DNA of 58,758 bases from Solirubrobacterales bacterium (GCA_049608465.1 JBMYXO010000003.1:1-58758); one strand, 5' to 3'. Positions 38,178 through 49,008 are shown, counted from the stretch's first letter. A program made the numbers and translations. Notes: generated by a model from the sequence alone, not told the origin.

Positions 38178-38472
38178 CTTCAGTCCCTCCTTTCAATCTC
38201 CGTCCACGGGATTTCCGTGGTCCGCGAGACATCGATGCGGTGGCCAATCCTTGCCCCTGCCTGCTGAGCTGGTGGATCTGGCGTGGATCTCACGCCTGGC
38301 CTTGAATACCGGCCCCACGCACGTGGTGTTCGTGCGCACAGCCGGGTTGAACTTATTTCGGGAATTCGATTGAGCGCCACAGCCCAAGAGAGATGGACGT
38401 CGCGCTCGTCCCTACAGAGTAACGCCATCGGTCGGTTTCGTCACCCCCTGTGGTCCATGCAACCAAATTCCC
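38178..38472 (-). promoter_or_regulatory. Long (~300 nt) untranslated ilvB leader with several hairpins
   Basis: Hairpins on the minus strand are CCACGG-AAATC-CCGTGG (38202-38218), GGCGTG-AGATC-CACGCC (38281-38297) and CGCACG-aacacca-CGTGCG (38320-38338). No convincing coding potential. Confidence 0.4.
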
Positions 38473-38525
38473 GCAATTTGCATGCAAGGCCTCACACCAG
38501 GTGTGAGGCCTTGGTCGGAAATTGG
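38473..38525. repeat. Structured palindromic intergenic element, copy A
   Basis: Perfect 29-nt palindrome CAAGGCCTCACACC-A-GGTGTGAGGCCTTG (38485-38513). It is flanked by complementary CAATTT (38474-38479) and AAATTG (38519-38524). Related copies lie at 58420-58523. Confidence 0.7.
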
Positions 38526-38537
38526 GGGGTTTTGGGG

Positions 38538-38840
38538 TTAGTCGGCGGGCTGATCGGGGTCGGCGAAGGAGTAGCCCTTGGGTGGAAGCAGCGCCTCGGG
38601 GTAGTCAAGGTCTTCTCCGCAGCGAGGGCAGACTTGCACTGCGATACCGACTTCGGCGTTGCAGTTGGGGCATTCGCGGCGCGGGTCGAGCCGGGTGGAT
38701 TGGCTCGCCCATGCGGCGATCAGTCCGATCACAGGGAGGATCGCGCCGACGATGAACCAGATCGCGAACGACGAGCCTTTGTACTTGCCGACGGCGCCGG
38801 TGAGCAGGCCGAAGATCAGTGGGACCACTGCGTATTCCAT
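38538..38840 (-). CDS. Small membrane protein with C-terminal zinc-ribbon (CPNC...CPRC)
   Basis: 100 aa with two N-terminal TM helices followed by CPNCNAEVGIAVQVCPRCG. Confidence 0.6.
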   Translation of the reverse strand: MEYAVVPLIFGLLTGAVGKYKGSSFAIWFIVGAILPVIGLIAAWASQSTRLDPRRECPNCNAEVGIAVQVCPRCGEDLDYPEALLPPKGYSFADPDQPAD

Positions 38841-38865
38841 GCGATCGTGAGGCTAGCCGCGGGAC

Positions 38866-39719
38866 GTGGCAAACTTTCGCGCCATGACGTCGCCGAGCTC
38901 GCCGCAGATTCATCAACAATCGATATCGCTCGACGCAGCAACTTCTCTGGCCGGCGACGACGGCAACTTTGAGATCGAGTTGAGCGATCGGTGGCAACTC
39001 TGGGGGCCGAGCGGTGGTTACCTCAGCGCCATCGCGCTGAGGGCAGCCGGCGAGTTGTCCGAGTTGTCGCGACCGGTGAGTTTTTACTGCCATTTCCTCA
39101 AGTCGCCGAAGTTCGCGTCGGCACAGGTGACCGCGGCGTTTGAACGCGCTGGCAAGCGATCCGAGTCGATTTCTGTACAAATCATGCAGGGGGGCGAAAT
39201 CGTGCTGACCGCGCTGGTGCGCACGTCGGGCGACACCACCGGCCATTCGCACGACGTGACGTCACTGCCGACCGACAAAATGCCGGACGACGTCGAGCCG
39301 TTTCGATTCAGCGGTCCGGGTAGCGAAATGTTCACGTTCTGGGACCACGTCGAGCGTCGCCCGGTGCTGAAGATTTCGAACTCGACTTCGCGCGATCCGA
39401 TCTGCCGCGAATGGTTTCGGTTCCATCCGACGGCGAAATTCAAAGACCCATTCCTCGACGCGGCGCGTCCGCTGATGATGCTCGACACCTTCGGCTACCG
39501 GGCCGCAAGGCAGAAGTACCCCGACCACACACTCTTCGCGCCGAATCTCGACACCTCGGCGTGGTTCCACGACATCGAGGCGCAAACCGACTGGATGTTG
39601 ATCGAACACACGAACCCAGTTGCACGCGACGGCGTGATGTTCGTCGACGGACGCGTTTGGTCGGAGAGTGGAAAGCTTGTGGCGGGCGGCAGTGCTCAAC
39701 TGTTGCAACTTGAACGCAA

Positions 39720-39723
<4 letters not shown>
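38866..39723 (+). CDS. Acyl-CoA thioesterase II-like (double hot-dog) protein
   Basis: Thioesterase-like superfamily pattern (WGPSGGYLSAIALRAAG). 285 aa. GTG start, with the ATG at 38884 as alternative. Its 3' end overlaps the gatB stop by 4 nt in convergent orientation. Confidence 0.6.
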
Positions 39724-41162
<1,439 letters not shown>

Positions 41163-41164
41163 CG

Positions 41165-42628
41165 CTAGCTCCCCCACAACCACGGGCCGTCGGCGAAGTC
41201 CGTCTCGCGCTCAAACACGTGCGCCGCCTCGAGCAGTTTGTTCTCGGCGAAGTGCGGCGCGGCAATCTGCAGGCCAACCGGCAGGGCGCCCTCGGTGCCC
41301 GGCTCAGCGACCGCCGAGCCATCCGATGTGGCCAAGCCGGCGGGCAGCGAGATCGCGGGAACGCCGGCCAGCGAGATCGGCACCGTGAAGTAGTCGGACA
41401 GGTACATCTGCAGCGGGTCGTCGGTCCTCTCGCCGAGCCCGAACGCGACCGATGGAGAAGTTGGCGTGATGATGAAGTCGCAGGATTCGTATGCAGACTT
41501 GAAATCCTCGACGATCTTCGTCCGGACTTTCTGGGCCTGGCCGTAGTAGGCGTCGTAGTAGCCGGAAGACAGCGCGTAGGTGCCGAGCATGATGCGGCGT
41601 TTGACCTCCGGACCAAAACCCTCGCCGCGAGTCGTCTCGTACATCTCGGTCAATCCGCCGGACACCTCGGCGCGCTGGCCGAAACGCACGCCGTCCATCC
41701 GGGCGAGGTTGGCGCTGGCTTCCGCAGGCGCGATTACGTAGTAAGCCGACAACGCGTAGTCGGCGTGCGGCAACGGAACCTCGACGATCGCGCCTCCTGC
41801 GGCCTCGATGCGCTTGCAGGACGCGTCGAAGACGGCCTTCACACCGGGTTGCACGCCGTCCCAGTCGAGCGGCGCGGGAACTCCGAACTTGAGGCCATTC
41901 AGATTCTCGGCCGAAGGCGAGACGACGCTCTCGGGCAGACCGATCGACGTCGAGTCGTTCGCGTCCTTGCCCTGAATGTGCTTGAGCATCAACGCAGCGT
42001 CGGCGACGTCGCGGGTGATCGGGCCCGCTTGGTCGAGAGACGACGCGAACGCGATCATGCCGAAACGCGAGACCGCTCCGTAGGTCGGTTTCAACCCAAC
42101 CAAGCCGCACAACGCAGCCGGTTGGCGAATTGAGCCGCCGGTGTCGGTACCGGTCGCCCACGGGGCGCTGCCGGCTGCCACTGCCGCCGCCGATCCGCCG
42201 CTCGAACCGCCAGGTACGCGAGACGGGTCCCACGGGTTACGCACGGCCCCGAACGCGGAGTTTTCGTTGGACGAACCCATCGCAAACTCGTCCATGTTCG
42301 TCTTTCCGATGAAGCTGGCGCCGGCCGCACGAAGCTTCGCCACGACAGTTGAGTCGTATGGCGGCACGTATCCGTTGAGGATCTTCGACGCCGCGCGAGT
42401 TTCAACCCCCTCAACGCAGAAAAGGTCTTTGATCGCGATCGGTACGCCCGCTAGTTCGCTGTCAGCAGACGCGACGGCGCCGCCCTCATCCACCGACAGG
42501 TACGAGTTGAAGTCGTCGGCAGTCGCGCGGGCTCGGTAGAAATCGAGCAGTTCGCTGGCCGCGATGTCGCCGGCCCGGATGGCGTCAACCGCCTGCGTGG
42601 CAGTGAGCTTGAGCAAGTCTTGCGACAC
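41165..42628 (-). CDS. gatA: Asp/Glu-tRNA amidotransferase subunit A
   Basis: Amidase signature GGSSGGSAAAVA. Confidence 0.95.
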   Translation of the reverse strand: MSQDLLKLTATQAVDAIRAGDIAASELLDFYRARATADDFNSYLSVDEGGAVASADSELAGVPIAIKDLFCVEGVETRAASKILNGYVPPYDSTVVAKLRAAGASFIGKTNMDEFAMGSSNENSAFGAVRNPWDPSRVPGGSSGGSAAAVAAGSAPWATGTDTGGSIRQPAALCGLVGLKPTYGAVSRFGMIAFASSLDQAGPITRDVADAALMLKHIQGKDANDSTSIGLPESVVSPSAENLNGLKFGVPAPLDWDGVQPGVKAVFDASCKRIEAAGGAIVEVPLPHADYALSAYYVIAPAEASANLARMDGVRFGQRAEVSGGLTEMYETTRGEGFGPEVKRRIMLGTYALSSGYYDAYYGQAQKVRTKIVEDFKSAYESCDFIITPTSPSVAFGLGERTDDPLQMYLSDYFTVPISLAGVPAISLPAGLATSDGSAVAEPGTEGALPVGLQIAAPHFAENKLLEAAHVFERETDFADGPWLWGS

Positions 42629-42630
42629 GG

Positions 42631-42915
42631 TCAGCTCCCGGCCGCTGGTACCGCGAAACCGCCGTCGGCTACGTCCGGTGCGTTGGCGAGCGCCTGTTCC
42701 TTGGTCAGGCCCGGCTTCACCTCATCCGGTCGCAACTCGTTGACGAGATCGACCACGCGAGCGGTCGGCTCTACGTCGTCCAACGAGAGCTCGTCCATGT
42801 GTTCGACGTAGCCGAGAACGCTCGAGAGATCGCGCGTCATCTGCGCCTGTTCGTCCTCCGTCAAACGAAGTCGCGCCAGTCGCGCGACGTATGCCACATC
42901 GTCACCAGAAATCAC
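42631..42915 (-). CDS. gatC: Asp/Glu-tRNA amidotransferase subunit C
   Basis: 94 aa (VAYVARLARLRLTEDE). GTG start with TACACT 7 nt upstream, suggesting a leaderless mRNA. Confidence 0.9.
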   Translation of the reverse strand: MISGDDVAYVARLARLRLTEDEQAQMTRDLSSVLGYVEHMDELSLDDVEPTARVVDLVNELRPDEVKPGLTKEQALANAPDVADGGFAVPAAGS

Positions 42916-42973
42916 GGCGCAGAGTGTACGGCCCCCAGGCCAAACACCCGTCGAAAGAAATCAAACAACTTCG

Positions 42974-43004
42974 TAAAACAAGGCTCGCGAAAAAGCGAAC
43001 CTTG
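42974..43004 (-). terminator. Intrinsic terminator after the folD/membrane-protein unit
   Basis: Minus strand reads CAAGGUUCGC-UUUUU-GCGAGCCUUG (10-bp stem including one G-U pair) followed by UUUUA. Confidence 0.75.
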
Positions 43005-43009
43005 GCGGG

Positions 43010-43513
43010 CTAATCGAGTTGTAGGCGTTCTGGGCTGGGGGGTTGATCGAAGCCGGCGGGAACGGATTCGTCGCGGATGGCCCAGCAGGCGGCGGCGAAC
43101 AGGGTGAGCGAGCTGATCACAGCGACGTAGAACCAGCCGGTCGCGTCAGCGAAGTCGCGCGGCGAATCGATCACGCGATACGTCATGCCGATGGCGGCGA
43201 CGAAGCTGCATACGGTCAGCGGCGTGGCGAGGATCATCGACCAGTCGGCGGTTCGGCTCAGCAGTGCCGCGAGAAACATGCAGACCGCGAGCAGAACAGA
43301 GAGGTAGACGAACCAACGCGTGAAATGCAGGTCCCAGACGTTGAGGTTGATCGCACCGCCATCGCCGCCGCCAATCACGTTGGCATTCGGGGCAAGCTGG
43401 CGCAGTTCGTCGATCGCAGGCAGCGTGAACCACGCAGAGAAAGTCGCAATCAGCAATACCAACGCGGCGATCAGCGCAAAAAACTCGGACGGTCTGACTT
43501 TGTCACCAAACAT
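43010..43513 (-). CDS. Integral membrane protein, function unknown
   Basis: 167 aa with four hydrophobic helices. Starts 9 nt after the folD stop. Confidence 0.55.
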   Translation of the reverse strand: MFGDKVRPSEFFALIAALVLLIATFSAWFTLPAIDELRQLAPNANVIGGGDGGAINLNVWDLHFTRWFVYLSVLLAVCMFLAALLSRTADWSMILATPLTVCSFVAAIGMTYRVIDSPRDFADATGWFYVAVISSLTLFAAACWAIRDESVPAGFDQPPSPERLQLD

Positions 43514-43522
43514 GGGCGAAGA

Positions 43523-44407
43523 CTACGCGCCGGCTCGAGTCTCGGCCGCTTTGACAGTGTTTTCGAGCAGGCAGGAAATGGTCATCGGGCCGACGCCCCC
43601 CGGGACCGGCGTGACGGCGCCGGCGATGCCCTGGACAGCGTCGAAATCGACGTCCCCGACCAAGCCATTCTCACTGCGAGTGGTGCCAACATCGATAACG
43701 ATCGCACCGGGTTTCACCATGTCGCCAGAAATCAACTTCGGCGATCCGACGCACGTCACGAGGATGTCGGCGCGGCGTGACAGTTCGGCCAACTCACGAG
43801 TGCGCGAATGGCATGTCGTGACCGTGGCGTTCTGCGCAAGCAGCAGCGATGCGACTGGTTTGCCGACGAGATTCGACCGGCCGATCACCACAGCCTCGGC
43901 GCCGTTGAGTTGCGCACCGACTTTCTCGAGCAGAATCATCACGCCTCTCGGGGTACACGGGGTCAACGCATCCCGCCCCTGCACCACGCGTCCGACGTTT
44001 GCGGTCGTCAAACCGTCAACGTCCTTCTCGGGTGCGATCAGCTCGGTCATCGAGTCGTCGTCCAACCCATCTGGCAGCGGCAGCTGAAGCAGGATGCCGT
44101 CGACGTCGTCGCGTCGATTCAACTGGTCGATCAGATTCGCCAGAAACTCACTGTTCGTGCTTGCCGGAAGTCGTTCGTCGTCGCTGTCGATTCCGACTTC
44201 GGCGCAGGCCTTGTGCTTGTTGTTGACGTAGACGTGCGAGGCCGGGTCGTCACCGACGAGGATCGTCACGAGACGGGGCGCCCGCCCATGCGCCGACTTG
44301 AACTCGCTGACGCGCTCAGCTACCTGCTTGCGAACATCCGCCGCGATCGACTTGCCGTCGATCAGTTCAGTCGTGATCGCAGTGTTCGGAGTCTCTGTTT
44401 CGGTCAT
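43523..44407 (-). CDS. folD: Bifunctional methylenetetrahydrofolate dehydrogenase/methenyl-THF cyclohydrolase
   Basis: FolD family (VGDDPASHVYVNNKHKA, GRSNLVGKP, PGGVGPMT). Confidence 0.93.
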   Translation of the reverse strand: MTETETPNTAITTELIDGKSIAADVRKQVAERVSEFKSAHGRAPRLVTILVGDDPASHVYVNNKHKACAEVGIDSDDERLPASTNSEFLANLIDQLNRRDDVDGILLQLPLPDGLDDDSMTELIAPEKDVDGLTTANVGRVVQGRDALTPCTPRGVMILLEKVGAQLNGAEAVVIGRSNLVGKPVASLLLAQNATVTTCHSRTRELAELSRRADILVTCVGSPKLISGDMVKPGAIVIDVGTTRSENGLVGDVDFDAVQGIAGAVTPVPGGVGPMTISCLLENTVKAAETRAGA

Positions 44408-44444
44408 CAAGCTTGCAGGCGGCCGATGTTTCGCGTTAGGAATC

Positions 44445-45005
44445 TCATCGTCCTTCGCGCAGATCCTGCATCAGCTCGTCGAGACTAGGCATCACTCCGG
44501 TCGCGACCAACACCATCACCACGATGCCGATCACCGTCCCCGCGATACCCAGCCCGAGTGCCCAAGAGCCGATGCGTTTCTCGCCGCGCTGAATCGCAGC
44601 GATACCCATGACAATTGCTATCGGACCGAGAATGATGTTGAAGATGAACAGCGAGGCGACGCCGATCCACATACCGATTCGAGCTTGGCGATAGGCCGGC
44701 GTTGGTGGTTCCACCTTCTGTGGACCGGCATCCTCGTTGAACGGCGCTCCGCGCGGCCGCACATGCGACTCACCGGTTGGGCCGCCATCTTGAAGGCCGG
44801 GAGCGGGCGGTGTTTGCGTGCCGGGCTGAAACTCCGGCGAGTGCGAAGGAGGACGCGTCCAGCGCGGCACTTCCGGTAGGTCTGCCGGCGGTTCGTGGCG
44901 CGGCGGCGCATCGTTCTCGGTGGGGAACGGCAGCGGATCCGACGGATCGGCTCGATATGGCTCACCAACTGGCTGCGGACCCTTGAATTCTTTGTCGCCC
45001 ATCAT
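44445..45005 (-). CDS. Pro-rich N-terminus plus DUF4190-like membrane protein
   Basis: A Pro-rich N-terminal ~110 aa followed by hydrophobic helices (IGMWIGVASLFIFNIILGPIAIVMGIAAI). Its start overlaps the pcrA stop. Confidence 0.6.
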   Translation of the reverse strand: MMGDKEFKGPQPVGEPYRADPSDPLPFPTENDAPPRHEPPADLPEVPRWTRPPSHSPEFQPGTQTPPAPGLQDGGPTGESHVRPRGAPFNEDAGPQKVEPPTPAYRQARIGMWIGVASLFIFNIILGPIAIVMGIAAIQRGEKRIGSWALGLGIAGTVIGIVVMVLVATGVMPSLDELMQDLREGR

Positions 45006-47227
45006 GCCCCCGCCCCTACCCTTTTCGTGATCGGCGCGTAGTCAGCGATGAATTTGCGTTCGGAACCATCCGCTGAGAATCGCACGACGATCATGTTGCC
45101 CGGCTCGACTCCGATCACGATCCCCTCCCCGAAGTTGGCATGCTCGACGTCGTCACCGGCCTTGAACCGCGCCATCGGCAGCGACGAGCCAGAACCGGCC
45201 GAGGCCTTGAAGCCGCCGCCCGTGTCTCCTCCGGCCGACCGCGAACCGCGACTGTACGAGCTGCCGTTGCTGGTTTCGACCGCGACATCGGCGTGCTCGG
45301 CGGGGATCTCGTCGATGAAGCGTGAGGGCTCGTTCCATCCGGTCTCACCGAAAAGCATCCGCCGGGCCGCGTGGGTCAGATAAAGGTTCTGCCGCGCGCG
45401 GGTGATGCCGACGTAACAAAGTCGGCGTTCCTCTTCGATGTCACCTGAGTCAACGGCGCGAGAGTGCGGGAAGATGCCCTCCTCGACGCCAATCATGAAC
45501 ACAACCGGAAACTCGAGACCCTTCGCGTTGTGCAGCGTCATCAGTGTGATCTGCCCTTCGTCGTCCTTGATCGCATCCTGATCCGAGAACAGCGCGACTT
45601 GCTGGAGGAAGGCCTCAAGCCCCGCGTCGTCGTCGCCGACGGCGTTGAGGTCGTATTCGCGCGCCAGACCGACCAATTCAGCGAGGTTTTCCAGTCGTCC
45701 CTCGGATTCAATCGTTGACTCGGCCTTCAATGCGTCGGCGTAGCCACTCTCATTGATCACGGCCTCGACGATGTCGCCGACGTGCTTCTCGGCTGCGGCC
45801 TTTTCGCGCAGTGACGTGACGATTTCGGAGAATCGCGCGAGCGACTTCAGCGCCGCTCCGCCCAGTCCAGGCACGTCTTCGGCTCGCCCGACCAGCTCGA
45901 GCACTGGCTCGCCGGTCGTATTCGCGTATGCCAGAAGGCGATCAACGGTCGTCTTGCCGATGCCACGCCGGGGCACGTTGATGATTCTCTGCAGCGACAC
46001 CTGGTCGTTCGGGTTGGCCAGCATCGTCAGGTAGGCGATCGCGTCTTTGACCTCAGCGCGTTCATAGAAGCGCGTGCCGCCGATCACTTGGTACGGCATC
46101 CGGTAACGCACCAGCGTGTCCTCGAGCACTCGTGACTGTGCGTTCGTTCGATAGAACACCGCGACATCGGTGTTGGCGATCCCGCTTTCGGTCAGGCGCT
46201 GGATTTCGCCGGCGACGAAGCGCGCCTCCTCGTGCTCATCGGTCAACTGGCGGATCTTGATCTGATCTCCGAGCGGGCCGTCGGTCCAGAGCTTCTTGCC
46301 CTTGCGACCGCTGTTGCGCGAAACGACTGCGTGGGCGGCATCGAGGATGCGGCCGGTCGAGCGATAGTTCTGCTCGAGCTTGATGACCGCAGTATCTGGA
46401 AAGTCCTTCTCGAAGTCCATGATGTTGCGAACGTCGGCGCCGCGGAATCCGTAGATCGACTGGTCGTCATCGCCGACCACGACGAGATTGCGGTGCTTGT
46501 GGGCGAGCAGCTCGACCCATTTGTACTGAGCGGCGTTGGTGTCCTGGTACTCGTCGACGAGGATGTGTTGAAAAACGCCTTGATAGCGCTCGAGCACCTC
46601 GGGAAAGGTCTCCCAGAGCTCGACGCTTCTGAGCAGGAGGTCGTCGAAGTCCATCGCGTTCATTTCGCGCAGGCGGCGCTCGTAGGTCTCGTACGCAGCG
46701 GCGGCCACCTCGTCGACGACGCCGTCGACGTGCTGGGCAAACGTGGTGGCATTCATCAATTGATTCTTCGCCCGCGAGATGATCGACTGGATCAAGCGCG
46801 GCGGATAGCGCTTGGTGTCCACCTCGCGCGCCTCAAGGCACTGGCGAACAAGTCGCTGCGAATCGGCCGAGTCGTAGATCGTGTAGCCACTCGTGTAGCC
46901 AAACCGCTCTGCCTCGGCGCGCAGAATCCGGGCGCAGGCCGAGTGAAAGGTCGTTAGCCACATCGCTCGCGCTCGCGGCCCAACCAACTTCTCGGCACGC
47001 TCGCGCATTTCTTTGGCTGCCTTGTTCGTGAAGGTGATCGCCAGGATCTGCTCCGGTCGAGCATCACCGCTTTGCACGAGGTGGGCGATGCGATGCGTGA
47101 GCACTCGCGTCTTGCCGGAACCGGCTCCGGCGAGGATCAGCAGCGGGCCACCGCGGTGCAGCACAGCGGCTTTCTGTGGCTCGTTGAGCCCAGCTGTCAG
47201 GTCTGTATCGGCGAAGAGTTGAGCCAC
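45002..47227 (-). CDS. pcrA: ATP-dependent DNA helicase PcrA/UvrD
   Basis: SF1 motifs AGAGSGKT, DEYQDTN and VGITRAR. GTG start with TATGCT 6 nt upstream. Confidence 0.92.
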   Translation of the reverse strand: MAQLFADTDLTAGLNEPQKAAVLHRGGPLLILAGAGSGKTRVLTHRIAHLVQSGDARPEQILAITFTNKAAKEMRERAEKLVGPRARAMWLTTFHSACARILRAEAERFGYTSGYTIYDSADSQRLVRQCLEAREVDTKRYPPRLIQSIISRAKNQLMNATTFAQHVDGVVDEVAAAAYETYERRLREMNAMDFDDLLLRSVELWETFPEVLERYQGVFQHILVDEYQDTNAAQYKWVELLAHKHRNLVVVGDDDQSIYGFRGADVRNIMDFEKDFPDTAVIKLEQNYRSTGRILDAAHAVVSRNSGRKGKKLWTDGPLGDQIKIRQLTDEHEEARFVAGEIQRLTESGIANTDVAVFYRTNAQSRVLEDTLVRYRMPYQVIGGTRFYERAEVKDAIAYLTMLANPNDQVSLQRIINVPRRGIGKTTVDRLLAYANTTGEPVLELVGRAEDVPGLGGAALKSLARFSEIVTSLREKAAAEKHVGDIVEAVINESGYADALKAESTIESEGRLENLAELVGLAREYDLNAVGDDDAGLEAFLQQVALFSDQDAIKDDEGQITLMTLHNAKGLEFPVVFMIGVEEGIFPHSRAVDSGDIEEERRLCYVGITRARQNLYLTHAARRMLFGETGWNEPSRFIDEIPAEHADVAVETSNGSSYSRGSRSAGGDTGGGFKASAGSGSSLPMARFKAGDDVEHANFGEGIVIGVEPGNMIVVRFSADGSERKFIADYAPITKRVGAGA

Positions 47228-47324
47228 TCATCGAGCATAGCCCTGCCCTCGGAGCCGCGATTCGGCGTCATCGGCGGCAGTCAAAGCGGTGATCGTCACA
47301 TCATTTCGTGTAAAGTTCGTCGCG

Positions 47325-48260
47325 ATGAACGACGTTCAACCGGACAATCAAGTCGTCGATCGCTGGGCCGCTCCGATCGATGCAACCTGGGATACGTACG
47401 ACTGGTCCCAGCACGAACGCACGATCGAGGTCGACGGTCGCAGCGTCAACTACGTCGACCTCGGCGATCACAACAAACCGGTCCTGCTCTTCGTCCATGG
47501 AATCATGGGAACCTGGCGCAACTGGCTGTTCAATCTCCTGCCATTCGCTGACCGCTACCGGGTGATCGCCCTGGACCTCCCCGGCTTCGGTCGCTCGGAG
47601 ATGCCGGCCGAAAAATTGACGATGGACAACTACGCCAAGGCAGTCAAGCGCTTTTGCGACAAACTCGGCATCCAGCAAGTGACGCTGGTCGGCAACTCAA
47701 TGGGTGGCCTGATCGGCGCACTGGTCGCGAAGTCGACGCCAGAACTTCTGAACAAGCTCGTGCTTGTTGACGCCGCAGGATTTTCCACCGCCAATCGCCA
47801 CCTGCGACGGATCACTCGCTACCGCCGGTTCCTGAACGCATTTTTTGCCTTCGGCTACCTGATTCGCAAAGTGATCGCCGCCAACAAATACCTCGCCGCC
47901 GCGTTCACGAAGATCGTGCTGTGGCGCCCGATGAACGTCAGCTCGGAACTGATTCTCGTGTTGTTGTCCGGCATCGGAAAGCCCGGTTTCGTCGACGCCG
48001 CGCGTTCGATCGCGTTCACGCGAATCGACCGCGCCCCTGGTGAAATCACAACCGAGACGATGATCATTTGGGGCCGAAACGACAGTCTGATCCCGAAACG
48101 GGACGCCTTTCGGTACGCCAAAATGCTGCCGGACGCCCGCCTCGAGCTGATCGACGACACCGGTCACATACCGATGTTCGAAACGCCCGAAAAGTTCAAC
48201 GCGTTGATCGAAGATTTTGCGGCCGGCGGGATCGCCGCGACCACGTCTGCCGCGGCCTGA
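47325..48260 (+). CDS. Alpha/beta hydrolase fold protein
   Basis: Contains LLFVHGIMG and a nucleophile elbow GNSMGG. A GTG at 47289 is the alternative start. Confidence 0.75.
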   Translation: MNDVQPDNQVVDRWAAPIDATWDTYDWSQHERTIEVDGRSVNYVDLGDHNKPVLLFVHGIMGTWRNWLFNLLPFADRYRVIALDLPGFGRSEMPAEKLTMDNYAKAVKRFCDKLGIQQVTLVGNSMGGLIGALVAKSTPELLNKLVLVDAAGFSTANRHLRRITRYRRFLNAFFAFGYLIRKVIAANKYLAAAFTKIVLWRPMNVSSELILVLLSGIGKPGFVDAARSIAFTRIDRAPGEITTETMIIWGRNDSLIPKRDAFRYAKMLPDARLELIDDTGHIPMFETPEKFNALIEDFAAGGIAATTSAAA

Positions 48261-48279
48261 CGCGCCGCGAAGGAAACCG

Positions 48280-49008
48280 TCAGCCGCCCGTCGGATCGTG
48301 CCCCTTGCGGCGCTTCAACGGTTGCACGTTGCCGCTCTGATCGGGAAGTTCTTCGCCGCGCAGATCAGCCAATTCGCTCTCAAGTTCTCGCAGCTTCGCC
48401 GACAGACCGGCCAGCGCGTCGGCGACGGGGTCGGGCAGGTGGATCCAGTCTGTGTCGGGGCCCTCTTCGAGCTGCTCGCCGTTGACGCGCACGGGATGGC
48501 CGGGGTTGCCGACCACTGTGGTGTTCGGTGGAACGTCATGAATCACAACGGAGTTCGCACCGACCTTCGCGCCGTGACCTATCCGAATCGGGCCAAGTAG
48601 CTTCGCCCCCGACCCAACGGTCACGTTGTCCTCAACCGTCGGGTGGCGTTTCCCGGGTTCCAGCCCCGTACCGCCTAGCGTGACGCCCTGATAGAGCGTG
48701 ACGTTGTCGCCGATCTCGGCCGTTTCACCGATCACCACGCCTGCGCCGTGGTCAATGAAGAAGTTTTCGCCCACGCGTGCACGCGGATGGATCTCCACGC
48801 CGGTCACAATGCGAGCGAAATACGAGATCACGCGCGGCAGCAGCGGCACACCTGCCGCGTCGATGCGGTGCGCAAGGCGATGGAACAAAATCGCGTGGAC
48901 GCCGTTGTACGTCGCGAACACCTCGATGCGACCAAGCCCGCGCGAAGCCGGGTCGCGAGCTTGCGCCGCGGCGATGTCCTGGCGGATTTCCTGCAGAAAG
49001 CTGGTCAT
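48280..49008 (-). CDS. cysE: Serine O-acetyltransferase
   Basis: N-terminal SATase helical domain plus left-handed beta-helix hexapeptide repeats (IGDNVTLYQGVTLGG). Confidence 0.9.
   Translation of the reverse strand: MTSFLQEIRQDIAAAQARDPASRGLGRIEVFATYNGVHAILFHRLAHRIDAAGVPLLPRVISYFARIVTGVEIHPRARVGENFFIDHGAGVVIGETAEIGDNVTLYQGVTLGGTGLEPGKRHPTVEDNVTVGSGAKLLGPIRIGHGAKVGANSVVIHDVPPNTTVVGNPGHPVRVNGEQLEEGPDTDWIHLPDPVADALAGLSAKLRELESELADLRGEELPDQSGNVQPLKRRKGHDPTGG

Noticed and set aside
38180-38428. 82-aa and 64-aa ORFs in the ilvB leader as possible leader peptides or small proteins
   Set aside because: They have no RBS or -10-type signal, are Arg/Pro/Trp-rich, and contain no run of Ile/Val/Leu codons. 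They are treated as non-coding leader.
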